64,000 nt of DNA from Chrysomallon squamiferum (Eukaryota; Animalia; Mollusca). Both the position numbers and the translations under genes were made by a program. Of the stretch, positions 1 to 16,612 are shown piece after piece (positions within the stretch are counted from its first letter, which is position 1; each line of letters begins with the position of its first letter). The notes under the pieces are model-generated. The model was not told the DNA's origin, did not search any database, and was given only the letters and a program-made list of their open reading frames with translations. The stretch is taken from positions 27,838,001 through 27,902,000 of the forward strand of contig CM022670.1 in the NCBI GenBank assembly GCA_012295275.1, given 5' to 3'.

Positions 1-3000
1 GAAATTATAGAAGAACAGCTGCTGTTATTATGACAGATGGTTTTCATTTTTTGTTGTTGAGTGACATTTTTCAAATGACATATCTGAAATGTAATACCCA
101 ATATTTTGCAAAAAAAACAAAAAAACAAAACAAAAAAAGATAAAAGAAAAGAAAAGAAAAGAAAATGAGGTATAACAACAAAAATGTGTGAGTGCATGTA
201 TACATGTGCAGAAATCATTAAGTCACTAACTCTTTATTCTGTCTGTTTCAAACTCACATGCATAGAAACAAAATTCCAATACTGTTGCTTAAACATTAAT
301 TTAAAAAAGAAAAAAGGAAGAAACACTATAAACAGTTTGAAATGAGATCTTCATTAACAACAAAATATCTATCTATAACTGTTCATTACCAGAACATGTA
401 AAACTTGTCCACATATACATATTTAATGCACATGCTCACATAAGCTCCATGTCACTAGTAACACTTCTGCTCTGAGAGTAGAGTTACAACAATAAACGGA
501 GACTGGTCTGTACAAGTAAACATTGCACAGACTGTCAGGCTGTTTATTATTGAAGCTTGTGCTAATAAATGGACAAACAGCCATTTTGAAATATAAACTT
601 GGATGAAAAACTAGTGCACAGAGTCCATTGTCGCTGTTAGAAATAAGAAATGTTGAGCTAATGGTTTTTCTGTTTACTGAGACAGCACTTTAAACAGCTG
701 ACCAGTCAATGGAAAATGACTTTGGGGGTTTAGCTGGGATGCAGCTAGAAATGTCTAGATAATTACAGACTGTGATTAATGTCTATTAGTGTTGCTGAAA
801 TATCATATAATGTTGTTGGAATATCATAGATCATCCATCAGAAGTTGATATGTTGTGGGTTCTCTTCCTGGCAGTGGACTGATTTCTGTAATTACTCTAT
901 ACTGCTCCTATTTGAGGATATATAATATAAATATAGTTGTAAGAGTAGTCAGAATTACTGGTATGTCAGAGTAATGAACTGAAATCAACTAAATTAGGAT
1001 AGTGGATAGAGAGAATAAAATAAATATACTTACAAGAGTGGTTGCATTTGGGACTACAGAAAGGTTTTGATTAATTATAGTTCTGGTTCATGTTTATTCA
1101 GCAACTGACACAAACACTTCATTTACCTTTACTATATCAACATATATTTTCACCTTTGTTTATTAACGAGAAGAGATCAAGTGCATCAGGGATTCCTCAA
1201 ATTGTCCTGAAGTTGGAGCCTGTCTCTGAAAAATACAATCTTATTTACATGAATTAGCCACCAGCTGGTGTGCATCATGCCAGTCTTCTCAAACACAAGA
1301 GATAAAAAATTCTTTTACAAATGATATCTTCCCACCAAGAAGATATTATGTACCATACACAAGCAAATAAATATTCTTCCGAAAATAAAAATACATATGT
1401 AAAAGAAATGTGGATGTATGTTTCAGCTGCCTAAATCAACCGTTGTGGTGATAAAAGGTTCAACCATTATATATAAATGTGTTTTTTTAAGAAAAATATA
1501 AAATGAAAGATGGAAGATAACTTGGTTTGGCATATTTCATGTTTCATACAGTATATACTGAGAAAGATATGGATGTGAGGGATTTGTGGGTTTTCTTTTT
1601 ACTTTTTTTAGTTTTAAAATTTTAATCTTATTTATTTGGCAGGCTTTGTTCTTTTTTTTTCAAACTTTAATCTTTCTAATTTTATACTGTTTATTATTTT
1701 ATTTATTTATTAGTTTTCTTTTTTATTCTTAAAAACTTAATCTTTTTGACTGATTTTATTTATTTTGTAAAAAAAACAAACAAAAGAAATAAATAAATAA
1801 AAATAAGAAGAAAATCTGTTATCAGAAAGATATCTTAGTTTCTTGCTTCAGGGACCCACTGTGGTTTAAAGAGCACATATATTTACCCTAAAGAGATTGT
1901 TGAGTATCTGCTCTGAGTTAGTACAAAGAACACTGACCAGGTTAACCTACAGGATAAAAAATATAAGCAAGACATGTGGTAGTTCCCTGTCTTATCTAAA
2001 AAACCTGTGCTCAGGTTTGCATAGGTTACTTTATAATGCAACTGACTGTCTGAGAGAGATGTTGGATGCAGTACGCAAGAGACTACAAATGACTATACAG
2101 CAAAGTCAATAAATTATAAAGAGCTGTTATAATAAAAAAGAAAGAAAGAAAACAAAATCACAAATTGAGTGAAATAAATCATATGGTATTGCTGAGAAAG
2201 AGAAGAAAAATAACCTCAAGCAGACAAAGAGAATAGGTTACAGAAAGATAAAAGATAAAAAACTAGAGTGAATTATAGATAACTATCTCAAGTCTTAAAA
2301 TAATAGTAAATTAGAACATAGTTTAGCAGATGTTCTTTGTTTTTTATTTGATCTTGAAATTTTTCTTTTATGTGTTTATTAATTAATTAGTGTATCTATT
2401 GATTTGTGTAAAACAAACAAAAAATTACCTTATATATTTAAGCATCATCTCTAACCAAATTTTAAAGAAAAAGTTTGCTTTTATGATTAAGATTTTAAAC
2501 TAAAATCCAGATACCATTAAAATCTCATAAATTTGTCAGTATGGACCAGTTAATCTGTGGGGCATCTCACTTAATGGAACTCATATCTGCGACCCATATC
2601 ACTGCACATTAGATGATAGAGACATCTTGAAGAGAACAAAATGCACTTCTGTAGGTGTTGAACGTAATATATTTTTCATCCCTTTGGATTGCAGAATGAT
2701 TCCATTCTTTGAATTCTGCTAACTACATTTGCTCAGTCTTCTAAGAACACAACAAAAACAACAAAAAAACAGGTGCTCAGTGCTTCATAATCTTGCCAAA
2801 ACTCTGCCAGGGTTTTCCCAGAAGATACTCTTGATATGAAAATAAAGATATCATTTGAGAGCAGGGTGCTTTCTGGAGGGATCTTCTCTGAGATGGAAGA
2901 TGAATTTAAGTTTTAAAAACTTTGGAAGGGTTGATAAGATAGTTGCTTTCTTAAATTTGGTTTGTTATTTTTCCCCAGTGGATGTACATATCAGGTGAAA

Positions 3001-6000
3001 CTGTTGACTAAATTTGGTGTTTCTCACTCCACTCATCACTTGTTTTTGTCTTCATGTTATATCTATCAGAATAAAAAATCGAACAAATTCTACACAAGAC
3101 AGAAATTTCTTTTCACCTGTATCATTAGACCAGAATCTCAACACAGTTTATGTAGCTAGTTTATCTTCAGTGTACTTGGTTTCTTTGGCTCAGGGCACTG
3201 TTGATGTAAGATAAAAGTAAATGCAAAATGTCTTTGTACATGAGAATATTAAAGGATGGGCAATGACAGTAGTACCATTCCCAGTGGGCTATTAAACAGC
3301 TGAGTAATCTGTACAGCCAACTGACAGATATTACACCTATGCTGATCATGGGTGATTTATTTGAACTGGGCTTTGTATCATTAAAAACAGGTGGAACAGC
3401 ACTTGTTTTGCAAGAGTTAAAAGACATTTCAGGATGCATTTAGAATGGATGATAGATATTAAAAATAATATTTTCAGTTTTACCTTTTTTATGTATATAT
3501 TTGTATGTATCTCAGAGAAAAAAAATGGGGGAGAGAGCTTGTAGCTCAATATGTGTTCATTATGCTACATATATGTGTAGGTTTGTATAATTTGATTGAT
3601 CTTATGCAAAAATGATAATGTGTTGTAAAGTTTCATTATGGTTACTGAATATGTCATCTTGATGTTACTATCTAAAAATGGATGGTTTTAATGTTGTTTC
3701 TTTTTTTTCTTTTTCTTTTTAAAGTACACAATTCTCATTACTAAACCCATGAAGCTGATATTAACAGAGATGTTTTTGTTAACTTTTTTTATTTTTTTCA
3801 TGAGCTTATCATGTAAATAGACAAATATTACAGGAAAACATAAATAAATAGCTGAGTAACATGTTTGGTTTATACAGGCTTCACTGTGTTCCTAAGCAAC
3901 AGGAATTTTATTGATTTTGCTCAATGAACACACAGTTAATAAACAAGGGATAAAAAAAAATATATATAGTTTTAAATATATTAACTAATGACTATTTTTG
4001 TAAGGTGTAGAAAATGCCTTTTGGGTAAAAAGATACCAAAGATTCTTCCTGTTTACAAACAGTTTTTATAACATAATATTTTTCTAATACATGACATTAG
4101 GAAAATAGCTGATAATAATGAACAAGATATCTTAATATAATTATAACATCAAGTATAATTAGTATTACATAACTTAAGTTAAGGACTCAAAATAAGAAAA
4201 AAAAAATATGACTATAAATATTATAAAATAAGGAGTCACTTAGTGTTAAATGAATAAAATCTGAGAACACTGGCAAAAACAGGATAGACCTTTTTATCAG
4301 TTCTGTTATAATAATAGTGATTCTTAATAAAGGAAGCCAGAAGGCAAAATCTAACATTATCTGTACATATAATCCACACAGATAAGATAACCTCAGCCAT
4401 TAAGTGTTACATTATTTTTATTTTGAATCTTCTAGTACTTTGTTGTTGTTTTTTTGTTTGTATTGCCTTTTTAAAAATGATGAAATATTTGATTTTGAAT
4501 TTGCTAGGCAATGTTAATTCCTAAGACAAAGGAAACATATTTAATTTTATCTCAGTTTAGTAATATTAATATTCCTCACTGTGGCAATATAAGCAGGGAT
4601 CTACATTTGTTTTATATCAAAGACCATAACATGTAAACTTTTCTGCCTGTAACAGGGAGCATATAAAAGATACTTGCTGTTAATCAATAAGAATAACACA
4701 TCAAGTGATGACAGTTGATGCTTCTCAAATTTCATCACTACACAAAAAACACCTATTGTACACCTGACAACATTAATAATGAACTATGCTGAGGTATTAA
4801 ACAAATATTCATAGTTTCATTTGATTCCCATGACATCTCATTGCAGAAACATTTCCAGCCAAAAAAAATTACATATTTTACTGTATTTCTCAATATTGAT
4901 GTTTTCGTCCACAGTTTACAGGTTTCTGTTAGCTGATATATTTTTGGCATAATTTCCTTTTATCTGGCAGCTTAGGGTGGTGAGGCAAAAAGAAGTGGGA
5001 GTAAAGACCTGATGGACATTTTGGTTACTGTATAATGGAAGTTCTTTATGTAATTTATCTGTGGCTTTCAGCTTATCATTTATCAAATATATAGTTATCT
5101 TTAGAGTTTTTTTCGTTTATAAAGAAAAACAAAATTCTTGAAATCCATCCAGCTTTCTCATCCCAGAATGGATATTGATATCTTCTGAGATATACTTTGT
5201 TTTTGTTTTGCTTTTTTAATGTTTTTTATTTTATATTTTTTTAAAAGATAAAAACAACAAACAAAAATGATCAGATTACATTGCTTTTGAAACTGTACTG
5301 AATATATTAATTAACAAGGAGGTGTATATGTTTGAAAAAAAAATTAAAATTCCAAATGATAAATCAGTCAATCAATCAGTCAGTCAATCATTCATTCAAT
5401 CAATCAATCAATGCATAAAGAGAGAGAGAAAAAAAAAATAGAGTAAAGACAGAAATAGAAGAAAATTAAAGTAAAAAGATGAAGTAATCAAATAATTTAT
5501 CCATGAGAACAGGTGAATCAAGTAGATTGTCCTAATGACTGATTTGTGACTTGAGGTAAAATGTCTGACAGTGATAACCCACATAAAGTCTACCTACAGC
5601 ACTGCTTCCTGCACCACTTGAAAAATATTCACTAACAGATTTCTATGGTATACACTGTGATCACAGATCACTGATAACATGGCAGGTTTTGACAAAAGTA
5701 TCATCTGCTTTGCTTTATCAGTTTTTCTTTTTTCTCTCTCAAGTCTTTGAAGTTGATAGATAAAATACATTTTTTGGAAAAAAACTGTCTTTTAATTCAC
5801 TGTCTAATAAGACAGGATATAGTCATTCTGAAAGTCATGGTGTTTCATTTACAGAAAGAATTTATAACATTTTTAGAGTAAATGCATTTCATTAATGAAC
5901 TGAATAATAATATATAATCATTATTTCTAGTTGCATATTTCTTTTATCTGGCATATACAATATATCTAGTCACATGAAATGAAACAAACTTCTCTACATA

Positions 6001-9000
6001 AAAAGAAGAAAAAAAAGTAAAGATTATAAACAGTATTAATCTTTAACATTCTGGAATCGTTTCAAACAATATCTTGATAGGTTTAAAAGATGCTTCATTC
6101 AAGATGATTTGGTAAATCAGTTACGATTTATCTCATGATTTAATCTCTCTTTAATGGTTTTGTACATAAACAAACATAAATAGAAACTATTTAAAATTTA
6201 AAGATCTGACACAAATAGTTTAATCATTTATCTGTTAAATAGTTTTGCACACATTAAAAAAAAGTTTTAAATAACAGTAAATGAGTATAAAATGTCTTTC
6301 TTTAGAAGAAAAAAAACAACCGTATTAAATAAGTTAAAAATTATAGTATAAATGTTATCACCATTGTAAATTTTTTGAAGAGTTACATAACATGACATTC
6401 CTTGACAAGTTATTTATAATGAATGTACAAAAGTAACCCAGATGCATTAAATACAAATTCCATCTTGAGTAGAATATAATGTTTCATAACAGCTTGATAT
6501 TTTATACAATCACAACCAGTTGTATAGAATATTATCATTTCTTTAGTGCATTAATTGTTGTTACTTTATTCTTTATTCTTTACAACCCAGTATTAAATGC
6601 ACTGATTTTTTTTTTTCTTTGGGTCATATATTTTTTTTTTTCTACAGAATTTTTTTTTTTTTTTCATACAGCTATTGAAACCTGGCAAATAATATTTTCT
6701 GTTGGTGTTAACTTTTTAATTATTTAAAATATTTATATACATTTGTTTGTTGCTTAGTTTTGTTTCATATAAAGATATTTAAATACACTTTATTACTTTA
6801 ATTTTGTTTCATATATATATATAAAAATAAAAGTAATGTTTTAAATTTATTTTAATTCATTATAGTTATTTTCAATTATAAAATTAAATAATAAAAAAAA
6901 AAAAAAAAAAAAAAACATTGATTCCGAAATATGTATTACATTGCAGTGTCAGTTGATTTAGTTGTGTATACATTTGTTACCAATATCAAAAGACCTCAGT
7001 GCTCACAAAATATAATTTGCCTGAGGAACAGAACTGATGATATTTGTATTAGTGGTATCAGACTCTTAATATGAACCATAAGGCCAGGTTGTTATGGTAA
7101 TGACTGATATTCACACAGACTGGTAAATGCCAAGGCATATGGACACCTGCAGCCCTGGGCATACTCTACAGTTTTGTTATCCACACTGGCTTAGGTGAAA
7201 ACATTCATTCTTTATACCTTTCAACACTTCTCACATATTATCTGACTTCCAAAGTTAGATTCTTGACGGATTTTTTGGAGAAAAGAAGAGAAAAAATACA
7301 CTGAGATAAAATAACAGAAATTGTTTCTTATTCAGAAGTGTACTTGAATAACTTTTTGGCATGAATCTGAGATATTCTGTGTTATCAGTAAATATGTAGT
7401 GACTGATTTTAAGCTTATTCCTAAGAATACAGCCAGCCTCTCTGATGTAACAATTTAAATAGATAACTATTCATTTAGTTCATTTATTTAATCATTTGTA
7501 TTTGTTTTCTGTCTTTAGCAAGTATCTTCCTCATATAGCCTGTATCTTAATTTCCTTTTACTTTATGATCCTATATTACCACTAAGTAACACTCTGTTAC
7601 TTATGAATTTTTTCATAACAGTACAATTCAGCTTTTTGATGGCAATTCAGTTTCTTAAATGTATCCAGAAAATATATATATATCTCTTTTTTTTTTAGCC
7701 TTTTACATAAATATTGATTATAATTGATTGTACTGGCTGTTACTTATTATCAGGAATCTTTTGAATCTTTTTATAACAAAGAGAAAGTTCAGATTTTCGT
7801 TATGCTTTTTGTGTGTTTTTCTTAATAAATCTGTTTAATAAATGGTGAAAAAGATTAGCCTCCAAAAGCAACAGCAACAAAAACAACCAAAATAAAAATC
7901 TCACAAAACACAAAAACAATCCAAAGGTATTTTAAATGAAACAATTTTTCATTTGTTTTTTATTGTGTTTGAAATAAATTTATTTTCTAATTTTTACAAA
8001 TTCAAATTTCTGTTGTTATTATTTAGTTTAATTTAAACAATAAAAACTTCAGTATTCCTTTTAAGTTTTATTTAGTTTCTCATACCTGTAACTATGTAAA
8101 CACTAGAGTACCATTCCATTAGACAGATTTCTTACATGCTTCTAGTTCAGGTATATGATAAAGTAGGTACCTCTGTCACAGCCTGGCAGCACGGAGAATT
8201 CTTTTGTCAAAAAGATAATTATCTTCTAGTGATTTCTAGTGGAGTGTAGAATATATTAAAAAAAATATGTCTGGCCTGGCATCTTGTGTGTTTTCTCATT
8301 CACTTTCTTAAAAATCACAAAAAATAAATGAATATATAAAAGGAATCATCAACATTAATATTATGTAAAACTTTGCATTTTAGATAAATGTTTTGTGTTT
8401 GGGATAACCTTTGGTTGAGTTAAGATGATGGCTTTCAGATAGGATTAAAATCTACTGAAATGTTTTGAGGTGAAATTAATAAACTTTCAGTTGCCTTCAT
8501 AGTCCTCTTATCACTCCTTTAGTAACAGTTTTAAAAGATACCTTTATTCATATTTTTATACAATTTCTGCCCTTCTATTTATTCATTTATTTTTATTTAT
8601 TTAATTTTTTTGTTGTTGGTCAGCAGAATGTCATCATCTTAAACTGATTGTTTTTTTTTTTACCAGTATTTGTTTTAATAGGTTTTTTTTTTTTGTTGGG
8701 GTTTTTTTTTTTCAGAGTAATTTTAAAGTGAAAGTGGAAAAAGTTCAGTTATTTCATGATCAGTTAAATTCTCTTTCAAAGCTGTCCACACTTTGTCAGT
8801 GAGAATTTCAAAGGTGATGCCCATCAGTATTACATTACAAATGAGAAATATTTCATAGAAAGATAAAAGACAAGAAATTCTCAACTGACTAGACTAGCTA
8901 GGTGATATACACATGGGTACTGCTTGTACAGCAAGCATTCAAATTTGGTTTACTGCTGGGGTCATCTGCAGGCCATGTCAATTGGCCAAACAGATTGCAA

Positions 9001-9795
9001 TTCATTGGATGATTTACCATTGGCAATGGTGTTAAGTTTCTGCAATAAAATTACAGAAACATATTGATCCATCCAGCCACCACCTAAAAACTAGAAAATG
9101 ACATAATGCATTTAAATATTCCAGGAAACAAAATCCCTCATAAAGAGCAAAAAACAAAACTCCAGTACCTCCAGAATGACAGTGTTATAAAACATTTAAG
9201 AGTTTTGCAAAAATATATTTTTTATCATTAGTAATTACTCTTGCAGAAAATTTAAGTAGCATTTTTTTCTTCTAATGTACTCTTTATTTAGCAAATTCAT
9301 TAGCAGTTTACAGTAAAAAACAACTGTGTGTTAATTAAAAGTGAATGGATTTAGTGGGCATAGGTAATAGTATTTGTACAAATAGCCTCCGTAACAAATT
9401 GCTACTAATCAAAACTACTGCTGTGTTTCCAGTTTATTGATTTCACGCTGTATCTTAAATAGTACCTAGATTTGAAGTTAACCTGGTACAGTATATAATA
9501 AATAAATACTAGCATATATACACAGATGTATATGTAATATATATATACATGCATGCATACATAATACATAATACATATTTCTTTTAAACCTGAAAGCATT
9601 TCTTTTGTCTCTTTGAAACCTAATGTGAAACAAGTATTGCATGAATGCACTGAGGAATCTTACTTAGAATGTGCTATATGTCTTATATTACCCTTTCTTT
9701 TTTCTTGCATAGAATCTGGTATATGTTTTGTATTCCTTTTGTTTTTCTCTAAATGTGAAATATATTTTAAAACCATTTTTTTTTCTTTTTTAAAA

Positions 9796-9828
<33 letters not shown>

Positions 9829-10194
9829 GATAATATGTTTTGCACCTTTTTAGAAATTATTATTTACTTGGGAAGTTGAGATATGCTTTATTTATATATA
9901 TTTTTAAACTTTGGTATATTTCTTGTATAATATTTGTTCCTGAAACAGTTTCAGATCAGAAAATTTACTGTGCTATAAAGGTGTCAGAATGTTTTTTCTG
10001 ACAATAGGATTTCAGTAGTTTTTATGTACAATGTATACTAACAAATGCTATTCATTTTCTGCTGCTTGAGCAGTATTTTTTGTGTTTGATGTATCAGTTT
10101 TCTCTAGAATGAAACATTTAAAAATAAACATAGATAAATTTATTTCTAGTAAAATTGTCTAAGAATTGATTTGTCGATACACTAGCATGTTTCA

Positions 10195-10309
<115 letters not shown>

Positions 10310-13300
10310 TGTTTTATTACTTTTAAATTCATTTTAAAAAACTGTAAAGCTGTCATTTATTGTTTTGTTATTTTATTGTTGTCTTTTTCTTTCTTCCTTT
10401 CTTTTTTCTTCTTCTTTTTTAATGTATAAAGTTGCATAAAAAAAAATTTGAAACTTAAGAAAAAAGTTAATTAATTGTATTTACTATTTTAACACTGAGT
10501 TATACACATACATTCCTCACTTTTGTATAGTAACAAAAATAAACAGAGCATTATTTTACACATACCCACTTTTTTCTAAAAATTTATTTACCTATTTCTT
10601 TGTTGCAATATAGCATAGTTTCACTTACACTGTCAGTTTTGAAACACTGATGCTACTTTCAGGCTGTTTACCTTTATTCACTGACACATATTTTCAGGTA
10701 CAGAACCACACATGAAGCAGGCACATTTACAAGGGCAAAAAAAAAAATATATATATATATATATATAAAAATAAATAAATAAAAATAATAAAATAAAATA
10801 AATAAATATAAATAAAAATAATAGAGGAAAAAAGTTCCTGAAAAGTAGGGAAATAGTTTATAGTTGATGCTGAAAAGAGATACCATACTAACACGGTTAT
10901 GTATTAGCTTGGTTAATATTCTCAGTATCACAACAGGGGAATCATATAAGTTTAGTTATTTTACAGTCTAAAGTCTGATAGGAATAAATAATGTGTGCAG
11001 TTTACTTCATCTCAGCAGTGCTGTTATCAGTAGTTATATAATTTCTTTACTCTGGAAACAGGTTATTATATATTACCTGAGTTTTACATGAATGCAAGTA
11101 TTAAGAATAGCAAAATATAGAAGATATATTTTAAAAAACCTAAGAAGATGGTTTTAATTTAAAAAAAAAGAAGTTTGTTATTGAAAGATTTTATAAGGTT
11201 TATACTGAAATTTAATCCAAGATATAAATATTTTTATAGGAAATTTTGTTTTTGTTCTTATTTTAGATTTTAATGCCAAAATAAACGTGATAAAAATGTT
11301 AAGTTGCCAAAATCAACAGAAAAATGGATAGATTTTAGTTTGCCCTTTCTAACACACTGTGAGTCAAAGATTGAGCATAATGGTTGAATTGTTACAATAC
11401 AAGCAAAACAAGATCTGACATAACCTCTGATATTATTCACAGTAATAATACCAAGAAAACAAAATATTTTTTTTTTTATGTTATTCAGCATGTTAGATTT
11501 TTAAAATGAATTTACTACTTACTCATTTGAACATTAAAATTTTACATTATTTTTTTCTCTCTGCTCTCTTCTCTTCTCCCTTTTTTTTATCTTTCTCTCT
11601 TTCAGACACTCACACAATTGCTAACAGTATATGCTCTCAGTGTTTATTTATGTTTCTCATTCCCTCTGTTTAAAACATAGTAACTTTATCACAGCATCCA
11701 AACATACATCTGCACATAAATACTAGAAACTAGAGCATTTGACCTAGGAAAACAATGTTTTTGTTGGGTTTTTTCCCCAACCAAAAATCAACCTTGTAGC
11801 AAACAGTCAGAAATTATCAGAGAAAAAGGTTTCCTTTAATGAGAGAAAAAGTAACCTGCAACATGTTGGAATTATTATTATTTTTTAAATCAACATTTGA
11901 ATGAGTGTTAAATATATTTCATTGCCAATATTTTTTTATTTTTTTTCTAAGGTAAAAATTAACACCACTTCAATGTTTGTTTGAACGGATGTATTTCACA
12001 GGTTAATCCTGAGCACACCCAGACAATTGGCTGTTTTAGCACGTAATTTGTCTTCCTTTAGAGGGGGGTGTCCAATTAGTAATAATATCCTGTTTTGTAA
12101 ATTGTTGACAGTGAATAAAAAGGTGTACATGAGGTTGTGCAGCCTGATTTGAAAAAAAAAACAAAACAACTAACTCTTCTGACAGAAATAGTGGAGTAAT
12201 AAATAAAAGAAACATGCCAGAGTGGTATTTAATTAACAGAACAAGTAGTTTTTACCTGTAAACTTGATGTTTGTGGTTATTTATGTAACAAACTGTGGGG
12301 TTTTTTTGTGTTTTTTTTGTTTTTTTTCTTGGGGGATTTACTGGGGTTTTTTTTTCTTGGGGGATTTACTGGTTTTTTTTTTTTGGGTGTTTTTAAAAAG
12401 AAAGAAAGAAAGAAAAAAGAACATGAACATATACATTAAATTTAAAAAAAACATTTTAAAAAGTTAAGAAAAATTAATAATTAAAAAATGCGCATAATAT
12501 CACTGTTTATTTATTTATTATTATTTGCTTGTTTATTTTTTATTATTATTATTTTTTTATATAAACTAGAAATGTGCTCCACATTGAACTACTTGAGAGG
12601 AAAAGTGCATGTTATTTTGAAAAATATTTTTAGAAAAGCATAACATATACAGATACCATTTTTTATCGAATTTTTAAAATAAACACATTTTAAAAAAGTG
12701 AATATCTGAGTCAAAACTTTTTCAAACTTTGAGCTTATTCAGTTTCAACTTTCAAATAAATATATTATTAGATTCATTTTTTGCCTAGACAAAGATTATG
12801 CTTGTTATGTCATTCATAAATACCAGGTATCTGGTTTTTAACCAATTGGTAAGATGTAACAGCATTATATGCTCTTTACTTTGTAATTAATTATTTTACA
12901 TACTAAACTTGAGTTGGTCAAGTGAAAGTGTCTGAATTACAGATATCCAAGAGAAATAAACTTGAAACTTTTGTGAACAGTACACACATTTCAAAACCCC
13001 AGACTCTAGAATTGGGTACCCTACACAAACACATTTGAACCTTTAATAGAAAGTAAAGACATCTGAACTGGTTGAGTGGTTATCAAAGATGTTTACAAAA
13101 GACAGATCACATGGGACCTGATAGTATAAACCAATTATCATTAAGCTGTGTTATGTCAGATTAGTCTGTTCTAATTGAATTAATTTTTCACTTATTATCT
13201 CATCACTGAAGCTTGACACACAGATAGCTGTCCTAAGATTGCTGTCTGAAACCAAAAGCTTGTTGTAAGGACAGAGATGATTGGTTACTTGTTAACTCTG

Positions 13301-14151
13301 GACCTGTCATGGACTGCACAACTGAACTTGATTTATGGTGGACTAGGTGCTTCCATGTGGCACACTTTGACAATATGCTGATATCTGCAAGATATCATTA
13401 TTTTATAGTTTGCTATTTCCTAGCTGGTCTGGTTTCTGTTAGTGTCGGAGACATTCTTATCTTTCACATGAACTAAACGGTTTCAACTAATTTGAGCATT
13501 TTAGAATTAATTTATCAGCAGAACCCATAATCTGTCACACATTTAGTGCATCTACAAAGATAGATGCTATATTTACTTTCTTAAACCTAATTTAAGATTT
13601 AAAATTTTTGTTTTTAAATGTTTTAACAAATTATGTTTTTTGTTAAAGGTAATGAGATTAATCTTAACAGCTTCAGTATTCATGATACTATCAGTGATTA
13701 TGTCAATTTAAACACTGCATTCATCCAGTTAACAAATGTTAAATATATTGTTAATGGGCCACTTTATGTTTTAAACTTTCTAAACTAATACTAATTTTGT
13801 TCATGCATTTGAGTGAAATACATATATTTACATCTTTTATAAATATTTTTTGTATCCTATTTTCATTTATTCAGTATTCAATATCACCGATTCATGTCTG
13901 TATTATGCTATCATCTTTTCATCACTATAGTCCTTTTCACTATGATGTATCCCTCACTAGTGATTTTATCAACACACTGCATTAAGAATAAATGAATGTG
14001 CCATTATAAGAGTGATATATGATGACAAAAAATACAATAGATTGTATAGACACTTATTTTGAGGGATTGGAAAGTAATGTTTGTTCCGTAATATCTCAAA
14101 ACATTAGTATAACAATTTCTAGTAATGATATTATTTGGATGATAGAAATCA

Positions 14152-14226
14152 GCTGCTGCTGCTGCTGCTACTATTACTACTTCTACTACTACTTCTGCTA
14201 CTGCTTCTGCTGTTTCCACTGCTGTT
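14152..14226. repeat. (CTG/CTA)n imperfect trinucleotide repeat
   Basis: gctgctgct...ctactact... Confidence 0.85.
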
Positions 14227-16612
14227 ACAGATTAATTAACTAGGATCTTCTTTTAATGTTGTCCATGGAATCATGGAAAATGCTGTTATCAGAACACATA
14301 ATTTACATACGGCCATAAAAACAGTTTTGTAATGCAAGCAGAAAAGATAGAGATGAATTTATGGTTTTTGAAGCTTGTTGTTTATGTTGCCTAACTGGTA
14401 TATAGAAATCTACACAAAGGTCAAGATGAACCCAAATGTTTGCCTTTTCTGTTAATAGCAACCTTGTAATACTTAAAATATTTGATTCTTGTCATTAATC
14501 ATGTCATAAAAAATGTTTGAATGGATTTAGTTCTATCCATAGTTGTATAATCCAGTAAATATCAATAAAATGTGAAACACTAGATTTTCTTAAGGTTTAG
14601 TGTATACTTATCGTATAATTAGACAGCTATAGTGTAATATACTGTAGACATCCTTCAAATTTTGCAGATTAAATTGCAAAATGAAGTGTATACTTTTATT
14701 AAAGTTTTAAGTAGTCCAGGTTTTGTTAACCTGCCAACTTGATGAAGGATCATTGAGTCAAATAAGACAGCATGAATCAGTTGCACTCATGGAGTCTTTG
14801 AGCTAATGAGCCACAGCTAATTACACTTGGTCTTAACAGTAAAATAGTTCTGTAGAGAGGTGAAACCTATACTCTCATTACATAGTCTCCATCTTCTTGT
14901 CTTGTAGCTCAGCTTATCTCAGCATCTGGTCTTTGGTAAGCTGTTACATGTAGGAGAATGTGCGTTGTTTACTGGCGCTACCTCTGTGGGTAATAGACAT
15001 ACGTTCTTACTATTTGTGAAAGTCTGTGGAGGCTGCATTAAGAAAAGACTTGGTGAAAGTTTGATAAACACTGGAATTAATCCTTAACTAAACAACTGTC
15101 AGATCAGTTATGTTTCATTTAGCCACCAGAACACTGAAATATCTTGATGGTAGGAAGAAGATTTTTTTTTTTTTTTAGTTCAATAAAAGTTAGTTCAGAT
15201 TTGTTAATTAAAAAAAAAGAAAAAAAAGAATAAAAAAGAAAAAGTAGTAGAAAGAACAGAAAAACTCAACAAAAACTTCCCTTGTAAAACTTAAGGAAAC
15301 AAGATACCCAAACAGTGATAAAATAAATTGTAAGAATTTATCTTTAAGTTCTAAAGCACTGACAGTATCTGAAGATAAAAGAAATTTTATTGTAGGTAAA
15401 CATCTGAGAAGGTTAGTTGCTTAAGATAAGAAACTTCCATTATATGCTTATTTCTAAACCTAAGTGCAACAGGAGAAAATAGAATTAATTTTTCTACTAT
15501 TAGAGGTTAATGAATGGCCTAAGAGCAGCCAGGATAATGGGCCCCTAGAATCCAAATTATTCCCTTCCTGGCAGTGTTCTTTGTCATGGCTTGAAGATTT
15601 GCAATATGACTAACAAGTTTTTCTGAAATGTGATATAGAAGATGGGTCAGGGGGACCACCCTTCGCCACAGATAAGTAGTGATGAGTTTTCTAACAGCTG
15701 ACTAAAAACTTCACCTGTGAGATTTGTCATGATAGAATGGTCACCTAGTACACAACTGTGGGTTTTTAATGTGTTGATGGGTGAAATATCTCAGAAGCCT
15801 TACAGTTTTTTTGGTGCAGTTTGGAATCATTACTTTAAAAAAAAAAAAAAAAAAAAATTCCACCCAAAGAAATATACATATCGACAGACACATATAAAGA
15901 AAAAAATTAACATATACAACTTGTTAAATATGCTAATACTGTCTAAATGTTATATATTTCTCAACCTGTAACTCACAGATTATTTGAATATTATCAAGTT
16001 TTAATGCTTCTTTAATAGTTTCAATTACATTTCTGTTAGCACTTTTTTCGTTTTTATTGACACTGTGTGTGTGTGTGTGTGTGTGTTTTAAATATATGAG
16101 GAAAAAATATGTGGAATTTTCAGTGAATATCAGCAGAACCTGGAAAATGTTATCAGTAAAGTTCAAAATAAAAAGCTCAGTGTACTTGACATTTCTTCTA
16201 ACCTTTTCACATTATTATGAAACAACAATATCACTTTACTACATATCAATAATCGGTAATTGTAGTTAATCTTTTACATATTTTGTGCTGCTTTATTTTT
16301 CTACATGTATTTTGTAACTTGAGTGAATGTCAGAATACCATCTAAATCTCTAATCCTTATCAGGTGGATTGGTTTTGCAATAAACACTTATATTTTTTAA
16401 CAGTATTTTTTTGGTCTTTTGGAAGAGAACATTTTTATTATATTATTATTATTATTTTTTTAAACTGCTTGGTATATTTGATTGATTTTGTAAATATTGT
16501 ATTTTGCTGACATAATAGGTTGTCTAATCATACATACATTTCTATAATTAGGGTATTTTTAGATTATTAAAAAAATATTATAGTTATATATAGATTTTTT
16601 TTTTCATTTTAG

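Noticed and set aside
7088-7101. X-box-like GTTGTTATGGTAAT
   Set aside because: Several mismatches and no accompanying promoter motifs
11551-11632. Strong pyrimidine tract and ttcag with a possible 21-nt exon
   Set aside because: The donor ACA|gtatat is poor and the tract is simple CT-rich sequence
14890-14941. Acceptors followed by a TTG|gtaagc donor
   Set aside because: Resulting lengths of 28, 23 or 13 nt do not preserve frame
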